A stretch of DNA of 64,000 nucleotides from an archaeon (GCA_024277205.1 JAJRVP010000013.1:72735-136734); one strand, 5' to 3'. Positions 29,567 to 40,210 are shown, counted from the stretch's first letter. The notes: generated from the letters alone by a model not told the origin. A program made the numbers and translations.

Positions 29567-29983
29567 CTACCTTTTCTTTTTTAATCTATGCCCTATTTCT
29601 TTAACAAAGTATTTTAGTGGGAATGGAGATTCTGACTCTTTTTTAAGATAATTAGAATATGTTTCATTATTTATCTCAAAAGAGACTGCTTTTGATAGAT
29701 ATGTAACCAAGATTAAATCATTGAGAGCATTAATATTTCCTTGGGATATCTCTTGTAGCATAAGGACCTCCAACCCTGAAACTATCAAAGAAGATAAAAT
29801 GGTTAATTGGGAAAATCGAGTATACTCCTTGGTGTTTACATTCTTCATCCGAATGAGGTATTCTGATATAGAATTAGCAATACCTAAAAAAGGAACAATG
29901 TTAATCAAATGCATAGATAGATGTTTAGTATGCGGCATTTTTGTATATTTGATGTCATCCACTTTATACATGTTGTCACACAC
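29567..29983 (-). CDS. Hypothetical protein
   Basis: 138-aa ORF with hydrophobic stretches. Confidence 0.5.
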   Translation of the reverse strand: MCDNMYKVDDIKYTKMPHTKHLSMHLINIVPFLGIANSISEYLIRMKNVNTKEYTRFSQLTILSSLIVSGLEVLMLQEISQGNINALNDLILVTYLSKAVSFEINNETYSNYLKKESESPFPLKYFVKEIGHRLKKKR

Positions 29984-30000
29984 GAATAATAAAAATAATA

Positions 30001-30582
30001 CTATTTAAACTTTTTTAAACTCAAATATGCAATCAAGAATGCAATTGTTGCAAAAAGAGCACCTAAAAAGAAAATAAACCAAGGTTGTTGATAAAAAGCA
30101 ATTTTCGGAGCTTCATATGCAATAATTGTTCCTGCTGTTTTTGATTCTGCGAGTGGAGCTGTTTCAAAGGATGCACTTCCTCCTGAAATCCCACCAAATA
30201 AGCTCTGACTAATAAAACCAATTGCTGCAGAAATACCAAGAACAATAGGTATTAATAGCTTATTTTTTAGCATATTTAAAATGGATTCTTTTTCTTTTTC
30301 TGGAGCCAATATTATTGTTTTTTTAGCAGGTTCATAATAAAGCACTTTTTTGCCTTTTTCAGAATATCTGTATGCAGTATCTTGGATTAGATTCACACCT
30401 TTAAGCAAGTCTAAATTATACTGAATTGTAGAAATTGGCATTTTTAATTCATTAGCAAGCTCACTTGCACACATTCTTTTTTCAGCTAGTTTATTTAAAA
30501 TTTTAATTGCAGTTTCATTTGAAAGAACTTTTGCTATCTCTTTGCTTTCACTTGTCATTGAAAGAACAACAAATTTATCCAT
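30001..30582 (-). CDS. ArsR-type HTH regulator with two C-terminal TM helices
   Basis: IAKVLSNETAIKIL...SELANELKMPISTIQYNL..L; hydrophobic C-terminus. Confidence 0.85.
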   Translation of the reverse strand: MDKFVVLSMTSESKEIAKVLSNETAIKILNKLAEKRMCASELANELKMPISTIQYNLDLLKGVNLIQDTAYRYSEKGKKVLYYEPAKKTIILAPEKEKESILNMLKNKLLIPIVLGISAAIGFISQSLFGGISGGSASFETAPLAESKTAGTIIAYEAPKIAFYQQPWFIFFLGALFATIAFLIAYLSLKKFK

Positions 30583-30675
30583 ACTCCTTAAAATACACTC
30601 CTTTTTAAATACATTATTAAGACTTCAAAATGAGTTGTAATAAAGTTTAAATACTTCTACGAAGTAGTCACATTA

Positions 30676-30930
30676 ATGGAATTAGTTGATATTTTACTAA
30701 GTGGAATGGGTGCATATCTAGCAATTGAAACAATTAACACTATACGAGTTGCTTCTGTCTATTTTTCAAATATTGTTATCCCAACTTGTTCAAGACATTA
30801 TGGTAAAAACTACTTTCTCTCAAATGGCAAGTCAAATTTAGAAAGTATGAGATTAACACCAATAGCACATGTATTAAGAAATGCAGCAATTGAAGATATT
30901 ACTGTTTCTTTATCAGAATATAATGTCTGA
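30676..30930 (+). CDS. Hypothetical protein
   Basis: 84-aa ORF with TTTAAATA upstream. Confidence 0.4.
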   Translation: MELVDILLSGMGAYLAIETINTIRVASVYFSNIVIPTCSRHYGKNYFLSNGKSNLESMRLTPIAHVLRNAAIEDITVSLSEYNV

Positions 30931-30996
30931 TTTGGAGGCAGAAACGAGAGTCGGAGGTAAGCCATGAGAAGACTATTACTCGAGTGCCTCCAAATC
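30929..30996. repeat. Intergenic inverted repeat / hairpin
   Basis: GATTTGGAGGCA (30929-30940) is the exact reverse complement of TGCCTCCAAATC (30985-30996); inner CGAG/CTCG and AGTC/GACT pairings. Confidence 0.75.
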
Positions 30997-31106
30997 AATA
31001 TTTAATAATCCACAAACATTTATAAATTTTACTATATGTAACTAACCTAAAGTAGTAACAATTAAGGTACTAAAGCTTTAAATATACCTTTTTCTTTGGA
31101 TTTTCT

Positions 31107-31397
31107 ATGGTAACTAGAACGCATGGCTTTAGAGTAGGCACTCGTAAAAAACTTAGAAAAAGGATAAGAGAAAGGGGCAAAGTTAATATTAAGAGAGCTT
31201 TGCAAGAATTTAAACCAGATGAAACTGTAGTAATTGATGTTGATTCTGCATATCATAAGGGAATGCCACACAAACGCTTTTTTGGAAAGCAAGGAAAAGT
31301 AATAGAGAAACGGGGAGACTCATATATCATCCGAATAAGGGATGGTGGAAAATACAAAAAAATAATTTGTGCTCCAATTCATCTTAAAAAAATATAA
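31107..31397 (+). CDS. rpl21e: 50S ribosomal protein L21e
   Basis: GTRKKL, HKGMPHKRFFGKQG, PIHLK. Confidence 0.95.
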   Translation: MVTRTHGFRVGTRKKLRKRIRERGKVNIKRALQEFKPDETVVIDVDSAYHKGMPHKRFFGKQGKVIEKRGDSYIIRIRDGGKYKKIICAPIHLKKI

Positions 31398-31411
31398 TGG
31401 GGTGACTCATT

Positions 31412-31750
31412 TTGGTTATTGATTATGAAGAAATAAAAGAAACATTTGTACCTTTGCCAAAAGTTAAAGAAATACTTGAAAATATTAAAGAAAAAAATTA
31501 CGAACAAAAACTTGCGTATGAACATGTTAAGAAATTTTCAAAGATTGATGCAAAAAAAGCAGAAGCTCTAATAAAAGAACTTTCAAATCTTGAAATGAGA
31601 AAATTAAAAGATGATCAAATAGTAAAAATTGTTGATTTGATGCCAAAAGATGTTGAAGATTTAAAAGTTATACTCTCAAAAGCTACTGTTCCATTTAAAG
31701 ACGAAGAACTTACAAAAATAATTGAAATTGTGAAAAAATATGAAAAGTGA
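31412..31750 (+). CDS. rpoF: RNA polymerase subunit Rpo4 (F)
   Basis: YEQKLAYEHVKKF, KIVDLMP; canonical position after rpl21e. Confidence 0.9.
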   Translation: MVIDYEEIKETFVPLPKVKEILENIKEKNYEQKLAYEHVKKFSKIDAKKAEALIKELSNLEMRKLKDDQIVKIVDLMPKDVEDLKVILSKATVPFKDEELTKIIEIVKKYEK

Positions 31751-32304
31751 ATGTTATGGAAAAAAGAACACCAAAAGAAGAATATGGTATAGTATTGGAC
31801 TTTTTGCCACATGGGCACGCTTCCTCTGCACGCAGGGGTGCTGTAGCGCAAGTTCTCGGTGAAAAACATTTAATTCTTTTAGAAGTTGTTCCAAAAAAAG
31901 GACTTTTTTTAAAACCAGGCGAAAGAGTTTATATCGGTCCTGAAAAAAGAGAAAAGGTACATCATGTTGCAGGTAGGGTGCGGTATAAACAATTAACTGA
32001 AACAGCTAAGATAGAATTGCAAAATTTAATAGAAAAAATTGTAGAAGAAAGAGAAAAAGAATTTGTTGATTTCTTTAATAAATGTGGGCCAATTTCAACT
32101 AGATTGCATACTCTTGAAATCCTTCCTGGAATTGGAAAAAAGCACATGTGGGAAATAATCGAAGAAAGAAAAAAACAGCCATTTAAATCATTTGAAGATA
32201 TAAGAGAAAGAATAAAACTTATTCCAGACCCAAAACAAAGCATAATCAAAAGAATTTTTGAAGAATTTCAAGAAAAAGATAAGTATAGGTTGTTTGTTGG
32301 ATAA
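31747..32304 (+). CDS. DUF655 RNA-binding protein
   Basis: EEYGIVLDFLPHG, RLHTLEILPGIGKK, PFKSFEDI. Confidence 0.92.
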   Translation: MNVMEKRTPKEEYGIVLDFLPHGHASSARRGAVAQVLGEKHLILLEVVPKKGLFLKPGERVYIGPEKREKVHHVAGRVRYKQLTETAKIELQNLIEKIVEEREKEFVDFFNKCGPISTRLHTLEILPGIGKKHMWEIIEERKKQPFKSFEDIRERIKLIPDPKQSIIKRIFEEFQEKDKYRLFVG

Positions 32305-32314
32305 TAATAAAAAA

Positions 32315-33166
32315 TTAAATAGAAAGTAAATCCAATATTGTTTCTGCTTTTGCCTTTCTTCTTTCTATGTCCTGTTTAAGCTCTCTATATGTGTTCTCAT
32401 CTATCTCTTTGTTTATGAATCTCTTGTTTAGCTGTTCTAATTGTTTGTCAAAATCTCTCACTTTTCTTACTAATGCAACTTCTGGTTGTTTACTTTTTGG
32501 TTTTAAAACTTTAACAATCTGTGTTTTTGTAACTTTCTTTTGAGAGGCAACATATTTTCTATTCAAAACATTGTAAAGTTCAGAAATGTCTTCTTCTAGT
32601 TTGTCAAATGCTTCTTTATCTTTTTTATCAGCATCTGCAGCAATCACTATACGAACATCAGATTCCTCGTTTTTTATATCGTATATCCCTGCAAGCTTTA
32701 CCCAAAGTGCTAATGAAACAGTTTCTTTTACTGAATAGACCAATAGAGCTAATATAAACCATATTGGAGTTATTTGTATTATGAGATTTGAATTCCAATT
32801 TGTTGGAAATGATAATGTGTACAAGTAAAACACTAAAAAGCCCAAACCTATGAAAAAGAATAGTTTCCAAAATAATGGGTATTTTGGTCCTTTTTTAATC
32901 TGTTTGTAAGCTTTAATTATACTTTTTATTGGTTTTAATCTTCCACCCCTAAATATCCCTTCTGTATCTGTGTCTTCAAATTTCATTAATTCATTTATAG
33001 AAGTTTTCCAATCAAGGTCTTGTAATAATTCAACTATGAATCCACGTAATTCTTCTGGGTCGCCAACTCTTGTATATAAATCGTGAAATAAATGTTTATT
33101 TTGCATTTCTTTTACTTTGAATTGATCTTCATATTTTTCCACAATTGTTTTTTTGTCGAATACCAT
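32315..33166 (-). CDS. Two-TM hypothetical protein with C-terminal helical domain
   Basis: 283 aa; GGTGA SD. Confidence 0.7.
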   Translation of the reverse strand: MVFDKKTIVEKYEDQFKVKEMQNKHLFHDLYTRVGDPEELRGFIVELLQDLDWKTSINELMKFEDTDTEGIFRGGRLKPIKSIIKAYKQIKKGPKYPLFWKLFFFIGLGFLVFYLYTLSFPTNWNSNLIIQITPIWFILALLVYSVKETVSLALWVKLAGIYDIKNEESDVRIVIAADADKKDKEAFDKLEEDISELYNVLNRKYVASQKKVTKTQIVKVLKPKSKQPEVALVRKVRDFDKQLEQLNKRFINKEIDENTYRELKQDIERRKAKAETILDLLSI

Positions 33167-33207
33167 TTTTTCACCATATAATTAAACAAAATAGCAGCTT
33201 AAAAACA

Positions 33208-33639
33208 TTATGAAAAAAGTTCTTTCAAAATTTTTAAGTATGTTGCATAATTTGAAGGATAGGACTCAATAGAAAAGATGATTTGTATTGAATCTTCTTC
33301 ATCTGTTAATGTGATTTTTCCTTTTTCATATGCAATTTGCTTGTTAAATCTCAGATAAAATTTTCCTTCTTCACTGAGCCTTAATCTTAATTCATTAAGT
33401 ATCTTGTTTTTTTCAAGTTTGGATATTCTGTCTAAAATTTTTTTAACTAAATCCCTAGCTTTTTTTCCTTTTACTTCAGCATATACTATTTTTATTTTTG
33501 TACTATAAGCACCAGATTGGATTTTTTGTTTTATCTCTTTTTTTGGGAAGAAAACTTCAAATGCCCTTTTTACTTTTTCTATGTCTTCACTTTCATGACA
33601 ATATGTTTGTCCATATACTGAACGAATAGGTATTTTCAT
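33208..33639 (-). CDS. DUF54 RNA-binding protein
   Basis: CHESEDIEKV, FYLRFNKQ. Confidence 0.85.
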   Translation of the reverse strand: MKIPIRSVYGQTYCHESEDIEKVKRAFEVFFPKKEIKQKIQSGAYSTKIKIVYAEVKGKKARDLVKKILDRISKLEKNKILNELRLRLSEEGKFYLRFNKQIAYEKGKITLTDEEDSIQIIFSIESYPSNYATYLKILKELFS

Positions 33640-33712
33640 GTGATTTTAGAGCATCACAGCATTTTAATCTTTTTCCAAAAATTTTATATACTTACTACAT
33701 AGTTACAATGAT

Positions 33713-35188
33713 ATGGGTGCAAAAATAGACCATAATAAAGCTCTTACTTTTGAAGACGTAATAATTATTCCACAATATTCTGATGTTGAACCGGATGAAC
33801 CAAACATATCTTCTTATCTTGCTAAAGGAATAAAAGTAAACCGCCCATTTATTGGTTCTCCTATGGAGGATGTTTCTGGAGAAAAATTTTGTATTGCAAT
33901 GGCCCAGCAAGGAGCATTTTCTTTTTTGCACAGAAACCTTACCCCCTCTGAACAAGCAGTTGCTGTTGAAAAAGTCAAAAAACATGAAGGGTATATTATA
34001 AAAAATCCGATCATTATATCTCCTGAAATGACAATTGGAGACATCATCTCAATGAAACAAAATAGAGAGTTGCCATTTGATTCTTTTCCAGTTGTTGACA
34101 ATGAAGGAAAACTCGAAGGTATAATCACAAGAACAGATTATTATCTTGAGAATCCACATACAAAAGTTAAGGATAGGATGACTACTGATGTAGCAACAAT
34201 AAGCATTGAAGATAGCGCAGACAGAGAAACTGTAAGAGAGATATTAAGAAAGGAAAAGAAGAAAAGATTATTAATTGTTGATGAAAATGGATATTTAAGA
34301 GGGTTAATTACTGGGAAAGATTTTTCTTTAAGAGAATTATACCCTAATGCAACCAGAGACAAAGAAGGAAGATTAATGGTTGGTGCTGCAATTGGTGTTG
34401 GAGAAAAAGAGCTCAAACGTGCAGAATTACTTTACCAAAAAAATGTTGATGCTATTCTTATTGATATTTCACATGGACATTGTAAAAGTGAAATTGAAAC
34501 AATAAAATCATTAAGGAAAATTTATGGCGACGAAATTATAATAGGTGGGGGAAATATTGCTACAGCTAAAGGAGTTGAGGATTTAGTTTCAGCAGGTGTT
34601 GATTTTGTAAGAATAGGAATTGGTGCTGGTTCTATCTGTACAACAAGAGTTGTTCTTGGTGTAGGCATGCCACAAATTACTGCTATTGAAGAATGTTCTG
34701 AAGCAGCTCACGCTCACGGAATTTATGCAATTGCAGATGGTGGGATAAAACAATATGGGGATATTGCAAAAGCAATTGCTGCTGGAGCAGACACTGTTAT
34801 GATGGGCAATCTTTTTGCAGGAGTTGATGAAGCGCCAGGTAGAAAAGTTTTGATTAATGGAAGATTATATAAGGAATATAAAGGCATGGGCTCAAAAAAG
34901 GCAATGTTAAATAGGGCTGGTGGTGGATTAAGTAGATACAAAGAATCTTTAAGTTCAAAATTAATTCCTCAAGGAGTAGAAGGTTTAGCAGATTATAAAG
35001 GTCCATTAGAAAATGTTCTTTTCCAAATGGAAGGTGCATTAAAACGTTCTTTTTCAACTGTTGGTGCAAGAAATATAAATGAATTTTGGGAAAAAACAAT
35101 ATTAAAAGAAATAACTCAAAGTGGTGCTAAAGAAAGCCATCCTTCTGTAATTATGACTGAACAACCGGAAAATTATATGGGTAAGTGA
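33713..35188 (+). CDS. guaB: IMP dehydrogenase
   Basis: ALTFEDV, CBS pair, [11 protein letters not shown] catalytic loop, IADGG, YKGMGS. Confidence 0.95.
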   Translation: MGAKIDHNKALTFEDVIIIPQYSDVEPDEPNISSYLAKGIKVNRPFIGSPMEDVSGEKFCIAMAQQGAFSFLHRNLTPSEQAVAVEKVKKHEGYIIKNPIIISPEMTIGDIISMKQNRELPFDSFPVVDNEGKLEGIITRTDYYLENPHTKVKDRMTTDVATISIEDSADRETVREILRKEKKKRLLIVDENGYLRGLITGKDFSLRELYPNATRDKEGRLMVGAAIGVGEKELKRAELLYQKNVDAILIDISHGHCKSEIETIKSLRKIYGDEIIIGGGNIATAKGVEDLVSAGVDFVRIGIGAGSICTTRVVLGVGMPQITAIEECSEAAHAHGIYAIADGGIKQYGDIAKAIAAGADTVMMGNLFAGVDEAPGRKVLINGRLYKEYKGMGSKKAMLNRAGGGLSRYKESLSSKLIPQGVEGLADYKGPLENVLFQMEGALKRSFSTVGARNINEFWEKTILKEITQSGAKESHPSVIMTEQPENYMGK

Positions 35189-35192
35189 TATA

Positions 35193-36308
35193 ATGGGATT
35201 TCCAGATGAAATAACTATAACTCTTAAAAAAGTTGGTCAACCAAGATATGGAGAAAACCCACAACAAGATGCAGCAGTTTATGAAATTGAAAATGTTTAT
35301 GGTATAAATCTTGAAGATTTGATCCCAATCACCCAAGCAGAAAAATTAAATGGAAAACCAATGTCTTTTAATAATTGGTTAGATGCAGACGGAGTTCTTA
35401 AGATGCTATGGCAGTTCGATGAACCTACTGCGGCAGTATTTAAACATGTCACACCTGCTGGTGTTGCTCAAGGAAATTCCATTCTCGAAGCGTATGAAAA
35501 GGCATGGAACTGCGACCCTCTAAGCGCATTTGGGGGGATTGCTGGAGTCAATAGAAAGGTTACAGAAGAGCTTGCAAACTATGCCTTAGCAGATAAGAAA
35601 TTTCTCGAAGCTATTGTAGCTCCAGATTATGAAGACGAAGCTCTTGAAGTTTTATGTAAAAAGAAGAATCTTAGAGTTTTAGAGATAGATACAAAAATGC
35701 CAAAAAAAGTTGGATACGATATAAGAGCAATTACAGGGGGATTTTTAATTCAAGAATTTGATTTTTCAAAATTAAAACCAGAAGATTTAATCTATCTTGG
35801 GGATAAAGGAATTAAAAAACCAACAAAAGAACAAATTGAAGATATGATTTTTGGGTGGAATGTTGCAAGAAGGACTCGCTCAAACACAGTTTTACTTGTA
35901 AAAGATTTAGCAACAATCGGAATTGGAAGTGGACAGCAAAGTAGAGTTGATGCCGCATTTATAGCAGGATGGAAAGCAAACAAACAATATGATGCATTGC
36001 TTGGCAAAGCAGAAAAAAAGGAAGGACCCACTATAAATAATGCAATTTACAATTTAGCAAACTCTGTAGGCATTACTCCATATGGAAGGTCTCAGGGAAG
36101 TGTTGCAGTTTCTGATGCATTTTATCCATTTCCTGATGCCATAGAAGTTCTTTCAAAATTTGGAGTAGTTGCAAGTTTAAGTCCTGCAGGCTCAATTAGG
36201 GACAAATTATCTTATGACGCAATGAGAAGATTAGGAATAGCAGGAGCGCACACACCTTATGTAGAAAAAGGAGGATACAAAGGAGGAATGCGAGCATTCC
36301 TACACTAA
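35193..36308 (+). CDS. purH: AICAR transformylase domain of PurH, lacking the IMP cyclohydrolase domain
   Basis: RYGENPQQ, SFNNWLDAD, FKHVTPAG, DPLSAFGG, GIGSGQQSRVD, SDAFYPFPD. Confidence 0.85.
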   Translation: MGFPDEITITLKKVGQPRYGENPQQDAAVYEIENVYGINLEDLIPITQAEKLNGKPMSFNNWLDADGVLKMLWQFDEPTAAVFKHVTPAGVAQGNSILEAYEKAWNCDPLSAFGGIAGVNRKVTEELANYALADKKFLEAIVAPDYEDEALEVLCKKKNLRVLEIDTKMPKKVGYDIRAITGGFLIQEFDFSKLKPEDLIYLGDKGIKKPTKEQIEDMIFGWNVARRTRSNTVLLVKDLATIGIGSGQQSRVDAAFIAGWKANKQYDALLGKAEKKEGPTINNAIYNLANSVGITPYGRSQGSVAVSDAFYPFPDAIEVLSKFGVVASLSPAGSIRDKLSYDAMRRLGIAGAHTPYVEKGGYKGGMRAFLH

Positions 36309-37085
36309 ATCTTTAATTTTTTCTTTTATCCTCTTTATTTCTCCTATTTCTAAATAAAATACTTTTTTCTCTGATAATTCTCCAAGAAGTGTTGGTAGAA
36401 TCGACTTTAATTCGTTTTTATCTTTAATTTTTAAAAACTGTCGGGAATCAATAAGAGCATTAATCACCTTTTTATTTTTGTGCATAAATAAAATCTTAAC
36501 AATTTCAAACAATTTATCATCTCTCTTTACATCTTTTGGAAAAAGTTTGACAAGAGAAGAATCCACTTTTGGTGGTGGTCTAAACATACCTTTTGGAATG
36601 TTCTTAATTATCTCGCACTCAGCGTAATAATTAACTAAAACTGACAAACGAGAATAATCTTTTAATCCTGGAAATGCTGTCATTCTTTGTGCAAATTCTC
36701 GTTGGTACATTAGAATTGCAAGTAAATTTTTAACTCCCTTATGCAGTTGTGAATTTAGGAAAAGTAAAATTTTCTCAGTAATTGGAGATGAGATTTCGTA
36801 AGGAAGATTACCAATTATCTTATTCACTTCTTTTGGAAACTCGAAGTCCAAAATATCTCTGTTGATGCATTCAACGTTTGGAAGGTTTTTTCCCTTCAGC
36901 TTCTCAAAAAGCTTTTTGTCAATTTCAACAGCATAGACATTCTTTGCATTTGTTAGATACTTCGTAAGTCGTCCATCGCCAGCACCAATCTCAAGAACAA
37001 CATCTTCACTAGAGATATTAAGATAGCTGGCAATTTCTTTTAGCAAACTTTCACTTTTTATAAAATGTTGTCCGAATTTTACCAT
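36300..37085 (-). CDS. rsmA: 16S rRNA dimethyladenosine transferase
   Basis: GQHF, VLEIGAGDG, GNLPYEISSP, FRPPPKVDS. Confidence 0.93.
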   Translation of the reverse strand: MVKFGQHFIKSESLLKEIASYLNISSEDVVLEIGAGDGRLTKYLTNAKNVYAVEIDKKLFEKLKGKNLPNVECINRDILDFEFPKEVNKIIGNLPYEISSPITEKILLFLNSQLHKGVKNLLAILMYQREFAQRMTAFPGLKDYSRLSVLVNYYAECEIIKNIPKGMFRPPPKVDSSLVKLFPKDVKRDDKLFEIVKILFMHKNKKVINALIDSRQFLKIKDKNELKSILPTLLGELSEKKVFYLEIGEIKRIKEKIKDLV

Positions 37086-37369
37086 TTCATCCATTCCAAA
37101 TATTCTTTGTTTACACTTTCAGGCTTTATCTCAAGGATTACAGGAATCTCATAAGGATGCAACTCTTTTATTTTCTTTTTTAATTTTCCTGATTTGTTTG
37201 TTTTAAATAAAACACCAACTTCTTTTGAATTTTCAATTTTGCCTTTCCATACATACATACTTTCTATTGGAAAAATATTAACGCACCCGCAGAGCTTTTC
37301 TGATAAAACCTTTTTGCAGATTCTTTTTGCAATATCTTTATTCGGAAAAGTGGAATAAATTATTCTCAT
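37079..37369 (-). CDS. cutA: Divalent-cation tolerance protein CutA
   Basis: CGCVN, SMYVWKG, HPYEIP, YLEW. Confidence 0.92.
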   Translation of the reverse strand: MRIIYSTFPNKDIAKRICKKVLSEKLCGCVNIFPIESMYVWKGKIENSKEVGVLFKTNKSGKLKKKIKELHPYEIPVILEIKPESVNKEYLEWMKW

Positions 37370-37373
37370 AAAA

Positions 37374-38102
37374 TCACCCCACCCTCTCAAACGCTTTTAT
37401 GAAAGCATAAATTGAAAGTGGAAGAAAAGTTGCCACAACACCTATAACTGCAAGGCGCCCATAGTATGGTGCCATGTCTATGAAATAAAGAAAAGTGCCC
37501 AGTAAAATAACTCCAGCAAAGATAAACTTTTTTCTCACGTTTCTTAAGAAGCTATTAATATATCTAAACCCAAGAAACAAAAACGTCACCATGAACAAAG
37601 TCATAACTGCCCCAAACACTCTATAATCATTGGGCATTCCAAAAGTATTAACCCAAACTTCTAAATCGTATCCCCCAGATTTTGTTTGGGTGTAAAGATT
37701 TGTTGCATGAGCACACCATATAAAATCATGAAGATTAGAAGCTGCAAAAGAGAATAGCAACATAGAAACAAGTAAAACTACGCCTGTTTTCACTGAAATG
37801 TTTTTGTAATACATCAAATAGGATACCACAATTAACGCAACAGATATTGGAAGAGCTATAAATGCAAATATTGCAAAAGTCCAAAACCACGGCTTTCCAC
37901 TGAAAATACCATCAAATGAAAGGATTTGATATACAGAAACCACAAATAGAGTGTATGCAATCAAAAAAAAGCCCATTGCCAATACTTTCTTTTTCTTAAT
38001 CTCTTTGTGTATAAACTTTTTATTAATTACATCAACCCCAACCAACCCAAAAACTAAAAGTAATAGGTATGATAAAAACAGAGGAATGGAGTTTATCATC
38101 AC
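37374..38102 (-). CDS. Multi-pass membrane protein
   Basis: About 7 hydrophobic segments. Confidence 0.7.
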   Translation of the reverse strand: MMINSIPLFLSYLLLLVFGLVGVDVINKKFIHKEIKKKKVLAMGFFLIAYTLFVVSVYQILSFDGIFSGKPWFWTFAIFAFIALPISVALIVVSYLMYYKNISVKTGVVLLVSMLLFSFAASNLHDFIWCAHATNLYTQTKSGGYDLEVWVNTFGMPNDYRVFGAVMTLFMVTFLFLGFRYINSFLRNVRKKFIFAGVILLGTFLYFIDMAPYYGRLAVIGVVATFLPLSIYAFIKAFERVG

Positions 38103-38779
38103 AAATCACCTGGGTTTACAATCGGCTTATCAAATCGTTCAATATCATCAATTGCAATTCTTGGGCAGGCAGTGTTTATCCAAGCTTCAATATCCTGAAA
38201 ATCCAAGAGAGACTCGGGTGCAAGAGTTTCAAATACAAATATATATGCTTTTTTCCCATTTTCTTCAAGTTTTTTCTTAATTTTTTCTGCAAGATTTAAA
38301 TTGTACTGTCCAGGTTTTGTGCAAACAAGGATTCCGTAAACCTTTGCTTTTTTTGCTTTTGAAAGTATCTCTTTTCTTAGTTTTTTATATCTCTCAACCT
38401 CTTTTTCATCTACTTTATTTACAACACATGTTATTGGATTAGCTTGAAAAATTGGTTTGTCCAATTCAAGAGAAAGGGATATTGAGTGAAAATAACCACT
38501 ACCAAGATAAACATAACAATCAACATCTTTTGAAATTGAAAGGGGGGATGTTATATCACAACCAAGAACCTGTCCTTTTTCAATTGCTCTATATGTAGGA
38601 TTACCTATAAAAACCTGTTTTCCCTTACTTTTTAGAAATTCTTCTAATTGTTTTAATTGGTCAATAAATTGAATTGTAGTAAAAAGCCCAACTTTGTCAC
38701 AAACAACATTAGCAATTTTTTCCATAAACTCTTTTGAGAGCAGTTTCTTATATTTGACTGGTATAAAAATGACCTCCAT
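38099..38779 (-). CDS. dph2: Diphthamide synthesis Dph2, short form
   Basis: TTIQF, GQVLGCD, GSGYFH, TKPGQ, NTACPRIAIDD. Confidence 0.88.
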   Translation of the reverse strand: MEVIFIPVKYKKLLSKEFMEKIANVVCDKVGLFTTIQFIDQLKQLEEFLKSKGKQVFIGNPTYRAIEKGQVLGCDITSPLSISKDVDCYVYLGSGYFHSISLSLELDKPIFQANPITCVVNKVDEKEVERYKKLRKEILSKAKKAKVYGILVCTKPGQYNLNLAEKIKKKLEENGKKAYIFVFETLAPESLLDFQDIEAWINTACPRIAIDDIERFDKPIVNPGDL

Positions 38780-38837
38780 TAAAAATTTATAAACGCCCAG
38801 GTATTTAAAATATTATCCATCTGGGGAGGTAAACTAA

Positions 38838-39416
38838 ATGGCAGAAAACAACTTATGGATTATTTCTTTAGCCATGGTAGCAATAATCGCTATTGTGGCC
38901 GTATTAGGAATGATAAAAATAACAGGCGCATTAATAACACAAGAGGAGAGCACATATATTGATACTAGTTTGACACCAGGAGTGGAATTACCAAAGATTT
39001 ATGCATGTATTTACAAGGCAACACAAAGCCACCAAGACTGTATTGATAAATGGCAAAATTGCAAAAATAATGAAGGGATTGTCTGTACTGCGAACCCACA
39101 AGGGTGCTCAGAGGAATTGCAGAGAAACATTGTTAAATGTACATCCTATATAATGGATAAAACAAATGCTTGTGGACATATCCAGAATATCAAGTGCGGA
39201 ACTGGTGAAATCGAACTTTTAAAATGCGAAAACGCAAAGTGGATAGCTTATGAACAATGTAAAATCCATACATACAAAAATGACAATATAAAGAAAATAA
39301 CACCTTATGAATTCTGTGTTGAGGGTTGTATAAATGCAAATTTAAACAGAGTTGGAGAAACTACAGTATTGGATTGTAAAGGCATCTGTGGGTATATTCC
39401 ATCAAATGTAGTATAG
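38838..39416 (+). CDS. Secreted or anchored Cys-rich protein
   Basis: N-terminal TM then ITGA; many Cys; GGAGGT SD; downstream T-tract. Confidence 0.7.
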   Translation: MAENNLWIISLAMVAIIAIVAVLGMIKITGALITQEESTYIDTSLTPGVELPKIYACIYKATQSHQDCIDKWQNCKNNEGIVCTANPQGCSEELQRNIVKCTSYIMDKTNACGHIQNIKCGTGEIELLKCENAKWIAYEQCKIHTYKNDNIKKITPYEFCVEGCINANLNRVGETTVLDCKGICGYIPSNVV

Positions 39417-39475
39417 CAATATCCTTTTTCTTTTTTTCTAAAGACTTATTAATAATTGATTTTTAGTCTACTATT

Positions 39476-40198
39476 ATGAAAATGCTCATAGACGAACAAG
39501 GCAGAAAACTTTTTGTTGAACAAGGAAAAGACATTCACACACATAAAGGTGTTATTAAAAAACAAAAATTAAAAGATGGTAAAATTGTAAAAACAAATAC
39601 TGGAAAAAGATTCCTCGTTCTTGAACCAAATTTTGTTGATTTATTTGAAAAAATTAGAAGAGGACCTCAGATAATCACTCTAAAGGATGCGGGAATAATA
39701 TCTGCGCACACAGGCATATGTTCTGGTTGGAAGATTGCAGAAGCAGGAAGCGGAAGTGGAGCATTAACTTGTTATCTTGCTAATCTTGTAAAACCAAACG
39801 GAAAAATTTATTCTTATGAAAAAAGAAAAGATTTTTTGAAAATAGCAAAAAACAATGTTGAAAAATTTGGACTTTCTAAGTTTGTAAAATTTAAAAATAA
39901 AAGCATTTCTGAAATTTCAGAAAAAAATCTTGATTTGGTTGTTTTAGATTTGCCGAATCCATGGAATTTCTTTAAAAAAATTGAAAAAGCAGTTAAAAAA
40001 GGTGGATTTCTTGTAGTTTATGTTCCTACAATAAACCAAATAATCAATTCATGCAAATCACTTGAGAATACCCTATTTAAAGTTTTCAAAGTTTGCGAGG
40101 TCATAGAACGCGAATGGAAAGTTGGAACAGCAACTCGTCCGCAAAACAACCAATTGGGGCACACTGGTTTTTTGATTTTTTCGAGAAAATTGTTTTGA
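39476..40198 (+). CDS. trmI: tRNA m1A58 methyltransferase
   Basis: RGPQIITLKD, EAGSGSGALT, LDLPNPW, HTGFL. Confidence 0.92.
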   Translation: MKMLIDEQGRKLFVEQGKDIHTHKGVIKKQKLKDGKIVKTNTGKRFLVLEPNFVDLFEKIRRGPQIITLKDAGIISAHTGICSGWKIAEAGSGSGALTCYLANLVKPNGKIYSYEKRKDFLKIAKNNVEKFGLSKFVKFKNKSISEISEKNLDLVVLDLPNPWNFFKKIEKAVKKGGFLVVYVPTINQIINSCKSLENTLFKVFKVCEVIEREWKVGTATRPQNNQLGHTGFLIFSRKLF

Positions 40199-40210
40199 TA
40201 TCACTAATTA

